A DNA stretch of 32,000 nucleotides from Nitrosomonas sp. PY1 (GTDB lineage Bacteria > Pseudomonadota > Gammaproteobacteria > Burkholderiales > Nitrosomonadaceae): contig NZ_BQXC01000001.1 in the NCBI RefSeq assembly GCF_022836435.1, forward strand, positions 502,400-534,399, read 5' to 3'. Each line of letters starts with the position of its first letter. Positions within the stretch are counted from its first letter, which is position 1. The translations under genes were made by a program, and so were the position numbers. The notes beneath the pieces are model-generated. The model did not search any database. It was not told where the DNA came from and was given only the letters and a program-made list of their open reading frames with translations. Below are positions 28,104 to 32,000 of this stretch, piece by piece.

Positions 28104-29555
28104 TTAAAATGTTTTGCGAAGATTAGCTGGAGGGATTTGTAATATTTCCCGGTACTTGGTGATGGTTCTGCGTGCGACAACGATTCCTTGTTGCATTAAA
28201 ACCGCAGCAATTTTACTATCGCTTAAAGGTTTTTTAGTGTTTTCTTGCTTAACTAATTCTTTAATCAGCGCGCGAATTGCTGTAGCTGAGCAAGCACCGC
28301 CAGTATCTGTTGCCAAGCGGCTACCGAAAAAATATTTAAGTTCAAAGATACCACGCGGTGTATGCATAAATTTCTGTGTTGTTACTCGTGAGACCGTTGA
28401 TTCGTGTAGATTTAATGTTTCTGCGATCTCTCTGAGAACGAGTGGTCGCATAGCTACTTCTCCATGTTCAAAAAATTGTTGTTGGCGTGCGACAATAGCA
28501 GTGGCGACTTGCAAAATTGTTTGTGAGCGTTGTTGGATATTCTTGATCAGCCACTTAGCCTCAGTCAGTTGACTTGATAGATTATTAGTGGCATTTTGTT
28601 TTAGTATGTTAGCATACAGACGATTAATATTTAGACGCGGTAAAGCAGCCATATTGAGCTCCGCAATCCAAGTGTTATTTTTCTTTTTTATAATAATGTC
28701 AGGTATAACATATCGTTCGATCGATGCGTTAAATTCTGAGCCAGGCTTTGGATTTAGATGTGTGATTAACTTCTGAATTGCTTGTAGTGCCTTATCATCG
28801 CATCCCAGTAATTTTTTAATTTGACTGTAGTCATGAGATGCCCAAATCTGTAAGTACTCCGCAATAATTTTAAAAGCTTCGTTTCGATAAGGTGTTTTTT
28901 CAGGCATGGCTTGCAACTGTATGAGCAGACATTCTTGCAAATTGCGTGCACCTACGCCAACTGGATCGAGTGTTTGTAAGTCTTGCAAAGCAACTTCTAA
29001 ATCATTGGGGTCGATTTCAAATTCGGGTGGTAAGAATGCATTCAATTCATCCAAAGATTGTGTCAGATAGCCGTCTTCATCCAAGCTGTCAATCAACAGA
29101 GTGATAATTTCTCGGGTGAATTCAGAAATTCTTTGTGAGCAGGCGACCTGAGTAAGCAAATGTTCTCGTAAAGTGATAGGTTTTGCAGGAATTTGAGGTC
29201 CATCGTAGTCATCGTCCTCTAAAGCCTGGTATGTTGGGAAATCTTCCTGTTGCCATTCCGGACCGCTATCATATTCTTTGTCGTTTATATTCGAATCTTC
29301 TGAGGGGAGCGTTTCAGTAATTTTACTTTCATTGTTAGTTTCATGATTGCTAGATTCAATCTCTATTTCTGAGCAATCATCATTGACCGGTATTCGATGA
29401 GTATCCAACAACTCCAGCAACGGATTTTCTTGCACAATCCGCTCGATTTCTTGACTTAACTCAATAGTAGAGAGCTGCAACAATCGTATCGATTGCTGCA
29501 GTTGAGGTGTCAATTTAAGTTGATGCGAAAGCTTTAGTTGCAGTGCTGGTTTCAT
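28104..29555 (-). CDS. rpoN: RNA polymerase sigma-54 factor
   Basis: 483 aa. It has the Gln/Leu-rich region I (LKLTPQLQQSIRLLQLSTIEL), an acidic region II, and the RpoN box ARRTITKYRE near the C-terminus. Confidence 0.95.
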   Translation of the reverse strand: MKPALQLKLSHQLKLTPQLQQSIRLLQLSTIELSQEIERIVQENPLLELLDTHRIPVNDDCSEIEIESSNHETNNESKITETLPSEDSNINDKEYDSGPEWQQEDFPTYQALEDDDYDGPQIPAKPITLREHLLTQVACSQRISEFTREIITLLIDSLDEDGYLTQSLDELNAFLPPEFEIDPNDLEVALQDLQTLDPVGVGARNLQECLLIQLQAMPEKTPYRNEAFKIIAEYLQIWASHDYSQIKKLLGCDDKALQAIQKLITHLNPKPGSEFNASIERYVIPDIIIKKKNNTWIAELNMAALPRLNINRLYANILKQNATNNLSSQLTEAKWLIKNIQQRSQTILQVATAIVARQQQFFEHGEVAMRPLVLREIAETLNLHESTVSRVTTQKFMHTPRGIFELKYFFGSRLATDTGGACSATAIRALIKELVKQENTKKPLSDSKIAAVLMQQGIVVARRTITKYREILQIPPANLRKTF

Positions 29556-29607
29556 GATTCCAAGAAAACGATCATTGTGTTAGAAATTTAATTTTTTATT
29601 CATTATG

Positions 29608-30330
29608 TTACAGTTTAAAATGTTCACCCAAATAAACTGCTCTGACTCGTTCGTCATGAATGATCTCCTCAGGTTTTCCTTTTGCCAGTACATGTCCTTC
29701 GCTGATGATATAGGCCCGATCACAAATTCCCAAAGTTTCTCGAACATTATGATCGGTAATCAAAACACCAATGTTGAGCTGCTTAAGAAATGCAACAACT
29801 TTTTGAATATCGATGACGGCAATTGGATCAACACCTGCAAACGGCTCATCTAGTAAGATAAACCTTGGTTGCGATGCCAAAGCTCGTGCAATTTCAACAC
29901 GTCGGCGTTCGCCACCGGACAAACTCATAGCGGAATTATTGCGCAAATGTGAGATATGTAAATCGTTTAATAGGCTATCTAAATGGCATTGTTTTTCGTC
30001 CTCTCCGAAATTTTGTAATTCTAATACTCCTAAAATATTCTCTTCAACGGTTAAGCGTCGAAAAATAGAAGTCTCTTGGGGTAAATAGCTTAAACCAAGT
30101 TTTGCGCGATGATGAATGGGTAATCGGCTGAGGTCAATATCATCCAATGTTATTTCACCTCCATCCAAGCCAACAAGTCCAACTACCATATAAAAGCAAG
30201 TAGTCTTGCCAGCACCGTTGGGGCCTAGTAGTCCAACGACTTCACCGCTATTTAACGAAAATGACACATCTTTAACTACGGTGCGTGATTTATAACTTTT
30301 TCTCAGTTGATTTGCTTTTAATTCACTCAT
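29608..30330 (-). CDS. lptB: LPS export ABC transporter ATP-binding protein
   Basis: 240 aa with Walker [10 protein letters not shown], signature [15 protein letters not shown] and Walker [12 protein letters not shown]. Confidence 0.95.
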   Translation of the reverse strand: MSELKANQLRKSYKSRTVVKDVSFSLNSGEVVGLLGPNGAGKTTCFYMVVGLVGLDGGEITLDDIDLSRLPIHHRAKLGLSYLPQETSIFRRLTVEENILGVLELQNFGEDEKQCHLDSLLNDLHISHLRNNSAMSLSGGERRRVEIARALASQPRFILLDEPFAGVDPIAVIDIQKVVAFLKQLNIGVLITDHNVRETLGICDRAYIISEGHVLAKGKPEEIIHDERVRAVYLGEHFKL

Positions 30331-30367
30331 TCCAGATTGCCACTTATTTCGATGCTACGCAGGTTAG

Positions 30368-30898
30368 TTATTCTGATTTATTCTTGGGTTGAATGGTGAT
30401 ATGCACTCTTTTGTTGGGAGCTGATTCGATATTGCGATTATCATTTCCAATTACTTTGAAAAATTCATTGCTCATTTCATACGAAATGTAATCGCCATTT
30501 ACTTCGTCTTCGCCACGTTTCAAGCGAGCGCGGCGAAATAATTCAATTTTGTCAGCTTTACTATCGTATTCCGCGCGCTCGCTCCAACCTTCGACATATT
30601 CATTCAAGCCATCGCGTTTTTGGCGAAAGGTAACTAAATTCCCAGTAGCGATGGCGTGACGAAAGCCATCGATGTCTTCTTTCATGATCAATTTGTCTGC
30701 CTTAATGCGTAGTGTGCCTTGAGTGAGAATGACATTGCCAATAAACGTACTGATGCGAGTGGATTCTTTACGATTGACATCATCAACTGTCGCTCGATCC
30801 GCTTCAAGGTGTATCGGTTTATTTCGATCAGCTTTTTCAGCCAATACGTTGGTAATAATAAAAAATGACAAAGCGCACGCCGTGAAAAATAATTTCAT
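30368..30898 (-). CDS. lptA: LPS transport periplasmic protein LptA (OstA-like)
   Basis: 176 aa with a signal peptide and an OstA-type beta-jellyroll pattern (IHLEADRATVDD ... FIGNVILTQGTLRIKADKL). It lies between lptC and lptB. Confidence 0.85.
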   Translation of the reverse strand: MKLFFTACALSFFIITNVLAEKADRNKPIHLEADRATVDDVNRKESTRISTFIGNVILTQGTLRIKADKLIMKEDIDGFRHAIATGNLVTFRQKRDGLNEYVEGWSERAEYDSKADKIELFRRARLKRGEDEVNGDYISYEMSNEFFKVIGNDNRNIESAPNKRVHITIQPKNKSE

Positions 30899-31476
30899 TA
30901 TTTTGATGATGATTTGAAGTTGATAGCTTTTACATTGGATAGAAGTTGCAGAATACCTGTTTGATTGTCCAATTCCATTCCGATGGCACTGATTCTGGAG
31001 CCTGGTTTAGAAATTGTTACAGCGTGATTTGTGATGACCATGCTTTCATCAGGAATAAGATACAAGAAATCAGTTGTTAAAGTAATTTGATCTTTTTCAT
31101 TTTCAGTACCGCGAATAGCGGTGACGTTTTCTCTTAGATAAATATTTTGGTTTTTATCTCTGATCTCTGCAATATCTGCTTGTAAGCGAAACACAGGTTT
31201 GCCTTGTCCAGAGTTTACGAAGCTGACTTGCTGCATACGCGTGACATTTTCTTCATGATAATGCGATAAGGTTTCCGCCGAGAAATTTCTACGATTGGCT
31301 TTCGTATGGTTCATTTGAATACCAGATACTCCTTCAATAATATAATCAGGATTATAAAACATGCCTTTACCGTTGATGGATTCATAAGGCCGATAAAGCT
31401 GATCCAACCATAATGCTACCAGCGCAAGAAAAATAAACACCGCAAGTGGAAAACTAATATGGGAATATTTAATCAT
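30898..31476 (-). CDS. lptC: LPS export system protein LptC
   Basis: 192 aa with a single N-terminal membrane anchor, in the position and at the size expected for LptC. Its TAA overlaps the lptA ATG as TAATG. Confidence 0.8.
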   Translation of the reverse strand: MIKYSHISFPLAVFIFLALVALWLDQLYRPYESINGKGMFYNPDYIIEGVSGIQMNHTKANRRNFSAETLSHYHEENVTRMQQVSFVNSGQGKPVFRLQADIAEIRDKNQNIYLRENVTAIRGTENEKDQITLTTDFLYLIPDESMVITNHAVTISKPGSRISAIGMELDNQTGILQLLSNVKAINFKSSSK

Positions 31477-31717
31477 ACTAGATAAAGAAAAATGGCCGGT
31501 TTGATGATTGCAGTAAAATTAATTTATTCGACACAACAACTTAAGGCTATTCAAAGTTCTGTATGGTATGAATTATATCAGAACCGGATATTTTTACTTT
31601 TTATGATGAATTCATCTTTTCTTTTACGTTGGCTTGCAAATAGTGCATTTGAATCTGTATCTTAGTATGATAATGTGCATCATTTCAGTCATTACCGGAA
31701 GGAAGTAAACAAATATT

Positions 31718-32000
31718 ATGCAGCATGAAGCAATTGATTTTGAACACTATGATTTACTACAAGATGAAGCGTGTGCTCAGCGTATTATTGAGGCCAAAAA
31801 AATGCTTGGAAAGCGTGCGGTTATTTTGGCGCATCACTATCAACGTGCTGATGTTTACCGGCATGCCGATTTGACGGGGGACTCTTTAAAGCTTTCATTT
31901 TTAGCGGCACAAACCGATGCAGATTATCTAGTTTTCTGCGGCGTGCATTTTATGGCGGAAGTCGCAGATATTCTTTCTAGCCCGCAGCAAGTGGCTATTT
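31718..32000 (+). CDS. nadA: Quinolinate synthase, 5' end only (runs off the right edge)
   Basis: ATG at 31718; the translation is MQHEAIDFEHYDLLQDEACAQRIIEAKKMLGKRAVILAHHYQRADVYRHADLTGDSLKLSFLAAQTDADYLVFCGVHFMAEVADIL. This matches the NadA N-terminal pattern (HHYQ ... GDSL.LS ... FCGVHFMAE.A.IL). Confidence 0.85.
   Translation, partial: MQHEAIDFEHYDLLQDEACAQRIIEAKKMLGKRAVILAHHYQRADVYRHADLTGDSLKLSFLAAQTDADYLVFCGVHFMAEVADILSSPQQVAI

Noticed and set aside
1-32000. Scan for CRISPR arrays, tandem or interspersed repeats, IS elements with inverted ends, integrases, prophage genes, toxin-antitoxin pairs or defence islands.
   Set aside because: By eye I found no repeat-spacer periodicity, no intact transposase or integrase ORF, and no pairs of small overlapping ORFs typical of TA modules. 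The gene content is overwhelmingly housekeeping.

Overview
This window reads as core chromosome from a low-GC, Nitrosomonas-like betaproteobacterial ammonia oxidiser. That call rests on strong by-eye similarity of three ORFs to N. europaea AmoC, AmoA and AmoB. I can support 34 protein-coding genes, two of them cut by the window edges. From left to right:
- aroE (5' end), a TonB-like protein, an RNase II-family enzyme, a TonB-dependent receptor with an N-terminal signalling domain, bfd, yggX, argA and rsmE, all on the minus strand.
- A redoxin, an inositol-monophosphatase-family gene, trkA, trkH, a solitary PilG-like receiver gene, then amoC-amoA-amoB closed by a strong intrinsic terminator.
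- A carboxylesterase, a DUF3293-like gene, a Tim44-like membrane protein and a small secreted orphan.
- cysK-cysE-glcG-like on the minus strand.
- rof-mutY-5-formyl-THF cyclo-ligase.
- The sigma-54 cluster lptC-lptA-lptB-rpoN-hpf-ptsN-hprK on the minus strand, then the 5' end of nadA.

I found no tRNA or rRNA genes, CRISPR arrays, intact mobile elements, or recognisable defence or toxin systems, and I do not claim a clearly novel multi-gene system.

The points most worth a second look:
- The amoCAB copy ends directly at a terminator, with no amoE/amoD or copCD tail.
- A 16-bp hairpin sits in the amoC-amoA spacer.
- The orphan PilG-type receiver lies 366 bp upstream of amoC on the same strand.
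- Two gene-less gaps (18196-18775 and 25620-26263) contain unusually long stop-free frames that look like decayed coding sequence.
- The FecA-type transducer receptor has no FecI/FecR partner nearby.

All calls come from reading the sequence and from remembered family motifs; no searches were run.
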